Assembly: GCA_041671125.1 (NCBI GenBank)
Contig: JBAZCA010000003.1
Span: 689 to 64,688, forward strand
Direction: 5' to 3'
Length of the DNA: 64,000 nucleotides
Source: Patescibacteria group bacterium
Lineage (GTDB): Bacteria > Patescibacteriota > Patescibacteriia > Patescibacteriales > JBAZCA01
The notes under the pieces were generated by a model. That model did no database searches, was not told the DNA's origin, and worked only from the letters and a program-made list of their open reading frames with translations. This document shows, piece by piece, positions 1 to 8,532 of the stretch. Each line of letters starts with the position of its first letter. Positions within the stretch are counted from its first letter, which is position 1. The translations under genes were made by a program, and so were the position numbers.

Positions 1-40
1 TAATTGATCATTGGAAATTGTTCATTGATCATTGATTTCT

Positions 41-1414
41 ATGCATTGCCTAATACTCTGCGGGGGTTCCGGTACCCGCCTTTGGCCATTGTCGCGAAAA
101 AATTACCCGAAACAATTTCTTAAACTCTGCGGCGATTACTCCCTGCTTCAAGAAACTTTTTTAAGGATGAAAAAAATCATTCCGCCGGAAAATATTTATT
201 TGATCACCAACCGGGAAAACTTTTTTAACGCCTTAAACCAGATAAAAGAAATAGCGGACGATTTTAAAGAAGCGCAGATAATAGTAGAGCCAAAAAGCCT
301 GGACACGGCTCCGGCCATAGCGCTGGCAACAAGATACCTCGTTGAAAAAGTGAATATCAATCCCGAGGAAACTATAATTGAAGTCCATTCGGATCATTAC
401 ATAACCGAAGAAAATAAATTTCTGGAACTCGCCAGACTCGCTTTAAGGGAAACCGGCGATAACGTCGGGGCAATCGGCATCACCCCGGCAAAAGCCGAAA
501 CCGGCTACGGCTATATTAAAAAGGGTAAAAAAAAAGGCAGCCATTTTTCAGTCTCGCGATTCGTTGAGAAACCGGATCATGAAACCGCTTCCGGATACGT
601 CGCTTCCGGCGATTATCTTTGGAACGCCGGCATTTATCTTTTTACCCCGAAGACTCTCGCGCGCGAGCTTGAACTCCACGCTCCGGAAATATTTTCCATT
701 TATAAAAAAGATTATAAAACTTTCCTGAAAAACTTTTCCAGTTTAGGTCCGATAAGTTTTGACGTGGCTATATCAGAAAAGTCATCCAGCATCATCGTTT
801 TTGAAGGCGATTTCGGCTGGAATGATATCGGGTCGTTTGATTCTTTGGCCGAACTTAACCTGCCCGGCGCCAACCCGCGCCACATAAGCATTGACTCAAA
901 AAATATTTTCATCCAAGGCTCGGGAGACCGGCTGGTCGCGACCGTCGGCGTGGAAGACCTTATCATTGTTGATTCAAGCGACAGCATCCTTATCCAAAAA
1001 AAAGGCCGAAGCCAAGAAGTAAAAAAGGTCGTTGAACGCCTGAAAGAAAAAGGGATGAAGGAAGTTGAGCATAATCTCATCGGTTACCGGCCCTGGGGGA
1101 AGTACGAAGTGCTTATTGACCGGCCGAACCACAAAGTAAAAAAACTAATTGTCTATCCGGGCGCCAAGTTAAGTCTCCAATCGCATGAACGCCGGGCCGA
1201 ACATTGGGTAGTTATAAAAGGGACGGCAAAAATAGTCAACGGAGGAAAAGAAACCAGCCTCAAAAAAAATGAAAGTACGTTTATCCCGGTAAAAACAAAA
1301 CACCGGCTTTCAAATCCTGGCAAAGCCGACCTGGAAATTATTGAAGTCCAGACCGGCGATTATCTTGAAGAAGATGATATAAGAAGATACGATGACGTTT
1401 ACAACAGGTTGTAG
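41..1414 (+). CDS. manC: mannose-1-phosphate guanylyltransferase / mannose-6-phosphate isomerase (ManC/CpsB type)
   Basis: N-terminal nucleotidyltransferase motif LILCGGSGTRLWPLSR and C-terminal cupin segment LSLQSHERRAEHWVV. ATG at 41 preferred over the TTG at 32 used by the ORF track. Confidence 0.9.
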   Translation: MHCLILCGGSGTRLWPLSRKNYPKQFLKLCGDYSLLQETFLRMKKIIPPENIYLITNRENFFNALNQIKEIADDFKEAQIIVEPKSLDTAPAIALATRYLVEKVNINPEETIIEVHSDHYITEENKFLELARLALRETGDNVGAIGITPAKAETGYGYIKKGKKKGSHFSVSRFVEKPDHETASGYVASGDYLWNAGIYLFTPKTLARELELHAPEIFSIYKKDYKTFLKNFSSLGPISFDVAISEKSSSIIVFEGDFGWNDIGSFDSLAELNLPGANPRHISIDSKNIFIQGSGDRLVATVGVEDLIIVDSSDSILIQKKGRSQEVKKVVERLKEKGMKEVEHNLIGYRPWGKYEVLIDRPNHKVKKLIVYPGAKLSLQSHERRAEHWVVIKGTAKIVNGGKETSLKKNESTFIPVKTKHRLSNPGKADLEIIEVQTGDYLEEDDIRRYDDVYNRL

Positions 1415-1439
1415 CGAAAATCGGACTATAATTTTTCAC

Positions 1440-2528
1440 TTATACTTTTCCAAGCTCTTTTTTAAACCAGTTTACCCAGGCAACGTATTTCGGATCAACT
1501 CCGTTTAAGAGGCCTAAGTAATAACTGATCCATAATCCCGACTGGTAAATCTCAAAAGCCTCGCTAAGCTTAGTTTTGCCCGTTAACCCGATTTCTAAAA
1601 ATTTTATCCCGTTCTTGCTTACTACTTTTTTCGTCAGCGCGAGCCTTTTTAAAATTCTCGGGTGATACAGCTTTGAATCAAAAAATACAAACAGTAAATC
1701 CTTTCTGTTTAATTTGGGATGGCTTAACCCTTCCATGGCGTGATGGTTTAATTCGGGAACCGTTAGGTAGGCGCAGAAATTCTTGGCGCTTTCGTTTATC
1801 TGGTTCCTAAAAATATGCAGGTTGCCTTCAAACTGGTCTCCGGCAATAAGGACCGGAATCGTATTAAACATCTGCTTCGCGATTAGCTTCGCTTCATTAT
1901 TCTTCGCGGCAACGGCCGGCTCAAGCTTGCCGTTATTTTTTCTAAGTTCGCTCGCGATTGCCCTAATCTCCGCTAAATTGATTTTTAGCGCCCCAATTTC
2001 GTTAAGCAAAACCAAAGTTCCGGCCACTAAATACCCGAGCCCCATTCTCGGCTCCAACGAAGGATTATGTTTTGGGTTAAAAACGTAATTTGGCAAATCA
2101 TGCTTTTTTATTAATTTCAATAGCAGGTTATTTTTATCCTTTCCTTCGCTGGCGGTTATGGAGATTATTTTCGCCCCTTTTTTCCTGGCCGCGGCCAGGG
2201 TGGAAAGCGGCTCTTCGGTCGTACCGGAATATGAACAGATAATATACAAAGTTTTCTCATCTATAAAATCAGGCAGGACATAACCCGGCTCAATTATAAA
2301 CGGGATTTTTAATTCCCCTGCAAAAAGAGATTTTATCATCCGGGCGCCGAGGTTAGAGCCGCCCATGCCGTTAAGGACAATTTTATCAATCTCCTTGTAA
2401 TCTTTAGGTATTTTAATCGCGTCAATTTCATCCAAAACCTGCTCAACCTGATCCGGCAAAGCCGAGATAGATTCGGCCACGAATCCTGTGTCCAGTTTTT
2501 TTATCGCTTTAAGGTTGTTTAAATTCAT
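1440..2528 (-). CDS. bifunctional phosphoglucose/phosphomannose isomerase (SIS domain)
   Basis: SIS-domain motifs NGMGGSNLGA and ICSYSGTTEEP. Length and C-terminal region are typical of archaeal/bacterial PGI/PMI. Convergent with manC. Confidence 0.7.
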   Translation of the reverse strand: MNLNNLKAIKKLDTGFVAESISALPDQVEQVLDEIDAIKIPKDYKEIDKIVLNGMGGSNLGARMIKSLFAGELKIPFIIEPGYVLPDFIDEKTLYIICSYSGTTEEPLSTLAAARKKGAKIISITASEGKDKNNLLLKLIKKHDLPNYVFNPKHNPSLEPRMGLGYLVAGTLVLLNEIGALKINLAEIRAIASELRKNNGKLEPAVAAKNNEAKLIAKQMFNTIPVLIAGDQFEGNLHIFRNQINESAKNFCAYLTVPELNHHAMEGLSHPKLNRKDLLFVFFDSKLYHPRILKRLALTKKVVSKNGIKFLEIGLTGKTKLSEAFEIYQSGLWISYYLGLLNGVDPKYVAWVNWFKKELGKV

Positions 2529-2676
2529 ATTTTTCAGACAGCAAAAAAATTAATCCCAAACAATAACACAATGTATAATTAATATAATTATACTAGTAAC
2601 TTTCAACTATGTAAACATTGATTTCAGCCCGAAAACATGTTAATTTTATAATAGTCAAGCATAAATTGTAAATCCT

Positions 2677-3402
2677 ATGTCCGGACACTCCAAATGGGCG
2701 ACAACCAGAAGGCAAAAGGCCGTCGTTGACGCGAAAAAAGGTGCAATTTTTACAAAACTAGGCAACCTGATTACCATAGCGGCGAGGGAAAAGGGCGGCG
2801 ATCCGGCTATTAATTTTTCTTTGCGCATTGCCATAGAAAAAGCCAAAGCCGCCAATATGCCCAAAGATAATATTGAGCGGGCGGTTAAGCGCGGCACCGG
2901 AGAACTCTCCGGCGCCGAGATTGCCGAAATCTATTACGAGGCGATCGGCCCGGCCAATTCGCAATTCATCGTAAAGTCCTTAACCGACAACCGCAACCGC
3001 TCCGCCTCAAACATCCGCCATATTTTTACAAAGCACGGCGGCCAGTTCGGCGCCGTCGGTTGGAATTTTGGAAAAAAAGGCATTATAAGAATTGCGAATG
3101 AAGAATTAAAAAATAAGAATATAAATCCGGAAGAATTAGAGCTGGAATTGATTGATGCGGGAATAGATGATTTTATAAAGGAGGAGGAAGGAATAACAAT
3201 TTACACCACCATGGACAATCTTCAGAAAATCCGGGAATGGCTGGAAACGAAAAAAATTTCCGTTGAATCGGCAGAAATTGAATTTGTCGCTAAAGATAGC
3301 CTCCAGGTCGGCGGTGAAGACCGGGAAAAATTGGAAAAAATCATTGAAGAACTGGAGGATAATGAGGATGTTTCCGATTATTACGCCAACGTCAATATCT
3401 AA
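2677..3402 (+). CDS. yebC: YebC/PmpR family DNA-binding transcriptional regulator
   Basis: Hallmark N-terminus MSGHSKWATTRRQKAVVDAKKGAIFTKL; 241 aa. Confidence 0.9.
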   Translation: MSGHSKWATTRRQKAVVDAKKGAIFTKLGNLITIAAREKGGDPAINFSLRIAIEKAKAANMPKDNIERAVKRGTGELSGAEIAEIYYEAIGPANSQFIVKSLTDNRNRSASNIRHIFTKHGGQFGAVGWNFGKKGIIRIANEELKNKNINPEELELELIDAGIDDFIKEEEGITIYTTMDNLQKIREWLETKKISVESAEIEFVAKDSLQVGGEDREKLEKIIEELEDNEDVSDYYANVNI

Positions 3403-3474
3403 TGGGAGCCAAACATTTAAACGATTTATCTCAGCTTAGCGCGGCAGAATAAGGTCTTTCTAATATTTATCATT

Positions 3475-4005
3475 ATGCAAATATTTCTGTCATTCGCCGG
3501 TATTGTCATTTTTCTTGAAATTATTTTTGTTATCGTCGCTTTCTGGACATTCTTCACTATCTTTTTCACCCGGGTTCCTTTCGCGCCGACGCCGAAAAAA
3601 AACTTTAAACAGATTTTTAACGAGCTTGATCTCCGGCCGGGCGCCGAAATTTACGATTTAGGCTGTGGCGACGGCAGTTTTTTGTTTGAAGCCGAAAGGC
3701 TCGGTTTTAGAGCCTCAGGCTTTGAGCTTTCCCCTTATCCGTATTTCCTTTCCCTTTTAAAAAAATTCCGGCTAAAAAGCCGGGTAAAAATATCCAGAAA
3801 AAACTTTTTTAAAGAAGACATAAGCCGGGCGGATGCGGTGTTTGTTTTTTTAATCGCGAGCATCATGACAAAAGTCGGCGAAAAGCTGAAAAAAGATTTA
3901 AAACCCGGCACTCCAGTCATTTCTTACGGGTTCCAAATTCCCGGCTGGTCGACCGTAGAAATACTGGACACAAAACCGAGTAAAACTTTTATTTACCGCG
4001 CATGA
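3475..4005 (+). CDS. membrane-anchored class I SAM-dependent methyltransferase
   Basis: N-terminal hydrophobic helix followed by SAM motif I, YDLGCGDGSF. Its stop overlaps the ruvC start (ATGA). Confidence 0.6.
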   Translation: MQIFLSFAGIVIFLEIIFVIVAFWTFFTIFFTRVPFAPTPKKNFKQIFNELDLRPGAEIYDLGCGDGSFLFEAERLGFRASGFELSPYPYFLSLLKKFRLKSRVKISRKNFFKEDISRADAVFVFLIASIMTKVGEKLKKDLKPGTPVISYGFQIPGWSTVEILDTKPSKTFIYRA

Positions 4006-4490
4006 AAACCCGCTCTTCCATTATTCTCGGCATTGATCCCGGTATCGCCGATACCGGCTGGGGCGTCGTTTTTCGCGAAGGCCATAATTTAACCTGCCGG
4101 GACTATGGCTCAATCAAAACTCGTGCTAAAATGGAATTAAGCGAACGGCTTTTCATAATCCATAATGAACTCGGAAAAATTATAAAAAAATACCGGCCTG
4201 ACTTAATCGCCGTTGAAGAGCTCTTTTTCTGCAAAAACGTCAAAACCGCCCTTGTAGTCGGCCAGGCTCGCGGAGTGATTCTTCTAACCGCCCGCCAGTA
4301 TAACGCGCCGATTACTGAATTTACGCCGCTCCAGGTTAAGCAGGCGGTTTCCTCCTACGGCGCGGCTTCTAAAATGCAAGTGCAAAAAATGGTTAAATTG
4401 ATTCTAAATCTAAGAGAAATCCCTAAGCCCGACGACGCCGCCGACGCGTTAGCCATAGCCATTTGCGCCAGCAACGCGCGCTACACATAA
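4002..4490 (+). CDS. ruvC: crossover junction endodeoxyribonuclease RuvC
   Basis: ILGIDPGIADTGWGVV catalytic Asp motif and C-terminal DDAADALAIA motif; 162 aa. Confidence 0.9.
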   Translation: MKTRSSIILGIDPGIADTGWGVVFREGHNLTCRDYGSIKTRAKMELSERLFIIHNELGKIIKKYRPDLIAVEELFFCKNVKTALVVGQARGVILLTARQYNAPITEFTPLQVKQAVSSYGAASKMQVQKMVKLILNLREIPKPDDAADALAIAICASNARYT

Positions 4491-4533
4491 CAAATAACAG
4501 CCTGTGTTACGTGTTCCATGTTATGTGTTATGT
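4484..4533. repeat. inverted heptamer array (CATAACA-type units) between ruvC and the first pilin-fusion gene
   Basis: acacataacaaataaca / loop / tgtgttacgtgttccatgttatgtgttatgt. The two arms are reverse-complementary arrays with a 7-nt period. Confidence 0.7.
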
Positions 4534-4547
4534 TTAGATAAAACTCC

Positions 4548-5459
4548 ATGTCTAAAAAATCCGTAAAAATTCTTATCATCTCTAATTTGCTGTTTTTAGT
4601 TTTTTGTTTCACGCTTTTTCCCTCTTTGGCAAACGCCTGTAATTGCATGTGCTCTTTTAGCGGCGGCGCGGAACAATACGTCGGTACAGCTTCTGATAAT
4701 AATTGCAATTATTTTTGGTGCGATACTACCAAAGGCATGTCCGGCAGTCCGCATTGCGCTACTGACTCAACCCAGCAAACCGGCGCCGCCAATTTCACCC
4801 CCCAAATCGGCATTCCGGGTTCGGAGTTCCAGCAGGGCGCGTCCATCGCGGTTTCCAATAATACGGCCACTATCGCCAATTATGTCAAAGCCATTTACAA
4901 ATATTTAATCGGCATCGTCGGGATTACGGCGGCCATAATGCTTATGGTCGGCGGCGTAGTCTGGCTTACGGCCGGCGGCTCGCCGGAGCGAGTCAAACAG
5001 GCGCAGGATTATATCGTCGGCTCTCTAACCGGATTAGCCTTGGCTTTAGGATCTTTTTTAATTTTGGGCATGATAAATCCAGCCTTGGTGAATTTCAGGA
5101 TTTCGGGGATTGGAACGGTAAGTAGCCCTGCTCCATCCTCATCCACGACAGTGTCGGGCGTATCAACTACGGGATGTTGTAACGGCAGATATGGTTGCAT
5201 TGCTCCGTCAAAAGATGATTGCAATAATAATGGCGGAAACTGGCTTGACGCGACTAGCATAAATTACACGTGTGAAAACAACTATACTTGTACTGAAATA
5301 AAGAAAGAAGAGTTGGGGTGTTGTGAATTTTACGCGTTTATGAAGATTGGAAAAACCTGCCAGGGAAATCTTAATTATAGTGCCTGCATGAAGCTAGTAG
5401 ATAACCCCACCTTTAGTAAGGGTTACACGTGCGTTAGTCCTAATTGTGTTCCTCATTAA
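4548..5459 (+). CDS. secreted/membrane protein: VirB2/TrbC-like pilin core with Cys-rich N- and C-terminal regions (P1)
   Basis: Signal peptide MSKKSVKILIISNLLFLVFCFTLFPSLANA. Two-helix core IYKYLIGIVGITAAIMLMVGGVVWLTAGGSPERVKQAQDYIVGSLTGLALALGSFLIL, then a Ser/Thr linker and a C-terminal head with many Cys. Confidence 0.6.
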   Translation: MSKKSVKILIISNLLFLVFCFTLFPSLANACNCMCSFSGGAEQYVGTASDNNCNYFWCDTTKGMSGSPHCATDSTQQTGAANFTPQIGIPGSEFQQGASIAVSNNTATIANYVKAIYKYLIGIVGITAAIMLMVGGVVWLTAGGSPERVKQAQDYIVGSLTGLALALGSFLILGMINPALVNFRISGIGTVSSPAPSSSTTVSGVSTTGCCNGRYGCIAPSKDDCNNNGGNWLDATSINYTCENNYTCTEIKKEELGCCEFYAFMKIGKTCQGNLNYSACMKLVDNPTFSKGYTCVSPNCVPH

Positions 5460-5539
5460 AGCCATACTTTCTTCCCCGCGCCCGGCGGGAGTTTCCAGCA
5501 GGGACTCCCGCTCAAAGAAAAACAATTCTACAAATCCCC

Positions 5540-6724
5540 ATGCTAAAAAATTTCTTAAAACCGCTATTATTTTTCTGTTATCTGTTATCTGTTTTCTGTT
5601 TTCTGGCAATTCCCGCTCAGGCCATAAGTGATAGTTCTCCATACTGGGGCGATTTTGTCGCGCCACCCATACAAATCCCTATTCCGACCGTAAGTATAAC
5701 CAAAGATTCGGTTAAGTGCGAAGGCGACTACTGCGAAATCCCCTGGATCGGCCAATACGTCGCCGGCATCTATAAATACGCGATCGGCGTGGTCGGGATA
5801 ATCGCGGCCATCATGCTCATGGTCGGCGGAGTCAGATGGCTAACAGCCGGCGGCAACGCCTCAGCCGTGACAGACGCTCAAAGTTACATAACCGGCAGTC
5901 TCACCGGTCTGGTCTTAGCGCTTTTATCCTACACAATTCTTTATACCATCAACCCGGCGCTCGTATCATTTAAGCCGATCAGGGTAAAGATGGTGGAGAA
6001 GGTAGATATAATGAGCAATACCGGGGGATTAAGCTGCAGCGCTATAACCAATGAAAGCGAATGCAATGCGGATAAGCAACAATTAGGCTATGAATTTTAT
6101 AAAGGCGCGGAGTGTCCTGGCGCGGCTGATGCCTGCAAAAACAATCTCGAAGATTACAACGGTTGCATGAGCGGAAGAATGTGCTGTTGCACGAGAAGCG
6201 CGCAAGCTGGGTGTTCCTGGGCAACAGATCCAACGGATACCACCTGCGGAAATAACGCCCGGCAGGTTTCCGAGTACAGTAAATGCGGAACCAATACCGG
6301 AGGCATGTCCACTTGCTGTTGCAATTGGGCGAGCGAAGGGGGAGGGGACGCACAAAAATTATTAAACTGCATACAGGGCGCAACATCCGGTTTTGGAAGC
6401 GGTTCAATAAAAGGCTCAACTGAATCAAATAAACAGTGTTGCGAAAATTGGACTCCAAGTTGCGGACACTCCCAAACTAGATCAAATTCTTGCCACTTTG
6501 GATGCAAGAATGGATACCAGACCATGGCTATCGATTGGGGGTTGGGAGGTTCTAGAGATTGTAATAAAATTTGCGAAACAGCAAAAAATATTAGCTCGAA
6601 ATGTTCAGGTGACATCAAAGGTTCAATACTTGGACCTACTTTCTGTCCATCATGTAGCGGTTATAATCCATATCAAGATCATGACGATCATTTTCATATG
6701 AGTGTTAAGGGATGTATTCAATAA
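5540..6724 (+). CDS. secreted/membrane protein: pilin-like core fused to a Cys-rich head, possibly a LAS-type metallopeptidase (P2)
   Basis: Start moved to the ATG at 5540, giving signal peptide MLKNFLKPLLFFCYLLSVFCFLAIPAQA. Core IYKYAIGVVGIIAAIMLMVGGVRWLTAGGN and linker FKPIRVKMV. The head has CC/CCC runs and ends SCHFG..AIDWG..DHDDHFHMSV. Confidence 0.6.
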   Translation: MLKNFLKPLLFFCYLLSVFCFLAIPAQAISDSSPYWGDFVAPPIQIPIPTVSITKDSVKCEGDYCEIPWIGQYVAGIYKYAIGVVGIIAAIMLMVGGVRWLTAGGNASAVTDAQSYITGSLTGLVLALLSYTILYTINPALVSFKPIRVKMVEKVDIMSNTGGLSCSAITNESECNADKQQLGYEFYKGAECPGAADACKNNLEDYNGCMSGRMCCCTRSAQAGCSWATDPTDTTCGNNARQVSEYSKCGTNTGGMSTCCCNWASEGGGDAQKLLNCIQGATSGFGSGSIKGSTESNKQCCENWTPSCGHSQTRSNSCHFGCKNGYQTMAIDWGLGGSRDCNKICETAKNISSKCSGDIKGSILGPTFCPSCSGYNPYQDHDDHFHMSVKGCIQ

Positions 6725-6729
6725 ATACT

Positions 6730-7302
6730 ATGAGCAAAAAAAAATTGATAATTATTTTTTTGATAACAACAGTATTAACTATGGGAGGATTTTTTCTGTT
6801 CCGAAAAAAAATTTCAAAAAAATGTGTTAATTTAAAAGGAGACAACCAAGCCATTTGCATAAAGGAAGAAGCGGTTAATAGCGGCAATTTAAAAATGTGC
6901 GGACAAATTTTCAATAATAACTTGAAATACTGGTGTTATTATGAAATCGCCGATAAAAACAACGATCATAAAATATGCAAGAACCTAAGTGAATCCGACA
7001 ATTGTTACTTGAAAATCGCCATAAACTTAAAAGATGAAAAAATTTGCGAAAAAATTTTTCAAAAAGATATTAAGGCTTATTGCATAATCAACGCGGATCC
7101 CGAATGTCTTCCAAGTAAATTCTATACAATAGACAACGAAGGAAAATTCAATTGCGCTGACTCAAAAATCAAAAAAGAATGCGAGGTGAATGTAAACTGC
7201 CAGTGGAGTTATTATGAAAATAATACCGGCTCAAGCGACTGTACCTGCTGTCCCAAAGACCCGAATAAACAGCCTGACCGGTGCCTGGAAAAGGGGGAAT
7301 AA
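6730..7302 (+). CDS. membrane-anchored/secreted Cys-repeat protein (P3)
   Basis: ATG at 6730 lies 5 nt after the P2 stop. N-terminal hydrophobic helix, then about three 24-aa repeats of the form IC..I......C(Y)..IA... Confidence 0.5.
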   Translation: MSKKKLIIIFLITTVLTMGGFFLFRKKISKKCVNLKGDNQAICIKEEAVNSGNLKMCGQIFNNNLKYWCYYEIADKNNDHKICKNLSESDNCYLKIAINLKDEKICEKIFQKDIKAYCIINADPECLPSKFYTIDNEGKFNCADSKIKKECEVNVNCQWSYYENNTGSSDCTCCPKDPNKQPDRCLEKGE

Positions 7303-7337
7303 ATTTGTAATAGCTGATTACTAAATTAATTCGGAGC

Positions 7338-8528
7338 ATGAATAAAAAACTGAAAATATTTTTAACTTTTTTCCTTTTTGTCGCTTCTGTTTTTTTCTTC
7401 CCTTTTATTGCCCTGGCCGCCGACAAATGGATTCCGCCGACTTTGCAAATATCCATTCCGACCCTAACCGGATTCAGCGCGCCGGAGAAGTGCGATACGG
7501 CGCCGGACGGCCAGCCGATTTATTGCGTCGGTTGGATCGGCGAATATATCGGCGCGATCTATAAATACGCGATCGGCATTATCGGCATTGTCGCGGCTAT
7601 CGCCTTAATGATTGGCGGCGCTAGATGGCTTACGGCCGGCGGAAATCCTTCGGCCGTTAAAGACGCCCAAAGCTGGATTACCGGCGCGATTACCGGCCTC
7701 ATAATCGGCCTCGCTTCATACCTAATACTCTATCAAATCAATCCGAACCTGGTGATTTTTAAGCCGATCAGGGTAAAGATGGTAAAAGAAGTAGCAATCA
7801 GCTCGGTAAACGATCGTCTTATAAATTGCTCAATAAAATCGGCTTCGGAATGCGCCATCGGCTCTAACGGAATGAAAACTGACGATTCATGGAATAAATG
7901 CGCCAAACCAACTTGCGCCCCGGATGATATAGGCTGTCTGTCGCAAGTCTGCTGTTGTTTTGAAAGTCCCCTGCCTAACTGCCAATGGGAAACTGACTGC
8001 TCCGCTGGACGCGAACCGGCCGACGGCGCCGGTTGCGGAACTTTTTACGGCGGACTGGCTGAGAAATGCTGTTGTTCAAAGGCAACCGGAGGATGTAATC
8101 CGGCGGAAACAGGAGCTTGCTCGCCGAAACTTCTTCAGGCAAACGGCGGCAACTGTTTTGGAAGCAACATAAATGAAGCATCAGCAATATGCCAAAAAGA
8201 AAGTTCCGGAAACGAAACAAATACCAATCCTCAGGCAAAATGCAGTTATAATGGTAATAAATATCCTGTCGTAATCGGCTTATTTCAAATTAATATCAGC
8301 GCCAATATAGTAAGAGATTCGTCAGGTAACTCTTACAACTGCCGTTCCGCTTTTGACAAGCCATATTCTGATAAATCACCAAACTGCAACATAAATAATT
8401 GGGGTTTGTACGACCAATGCAAAAAACTTATGGAATCAGCCGCCAATAATATTGCGACTGCATGCAGTTTATCAAACAACGGAAGCAACTGGGGTAAATG
8501 GGTGGCCAACGATAATTGTAAATATTAG
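7338..8528 (+). CDS. secreted/membrane protein: pilin-like core fused to a Cys-rich linker and an SLT/lysozyme-like head (P4)
   Basis: Signal peptide. Core IYKYAIGIIGIVAAIALMIGGARWLTAGGN and linker FKPIRVKMV are shared with P2. The C-terminus carries ICQKESSGNE....VIGLFQIN, resembling the ES...GLMQ signature of lytic transglycosylases. Confidence 0.6.
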   Translation: MNKKLKIFLTFFLFVASVFFFPFIALAADKWIPPTLQISIPTLTGFSAPEKCDTAPDGQPIYCVGWIGEYIGAIYKYAIGIIGIVAAIALMIGGARWLTAGGNPSAVKDAQSWITGAITGLIIGLASYLILYQINPNLVIFKPIRVKMVKEVAISSVNDRLINCSIKSASECAIGSNGMKTDDSWNKCAKPTCAPDDIGCLSQVCCCFESPLPNCQWETDCSAGREPADGAGCGTFYGGLAEKCCCSKATGGCNPAETGACSPKLLQANGGNCFGSNINEASAICQKESSGNETNTNPQAKCSYNGNKYPVVIGLFQINISANIVRDSSGNSYNCRSAFDKPYSDKSPNCNINNWGLYDQCKKLMESAANNIATACSLSNNGSNWGKWVANDNCKY

Positions 8529-8532
8529 AAAT

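Noticed and set aside
4548-8528. A diversity-generating retroelement targeting the Cys-rich heads
   Set aside because: There is no reverse transcriptase gene in the window. No template/variable repeat pair with adenine-specific differences was seen. The similarity between P2 and P4 is confined to the shared core and linker.
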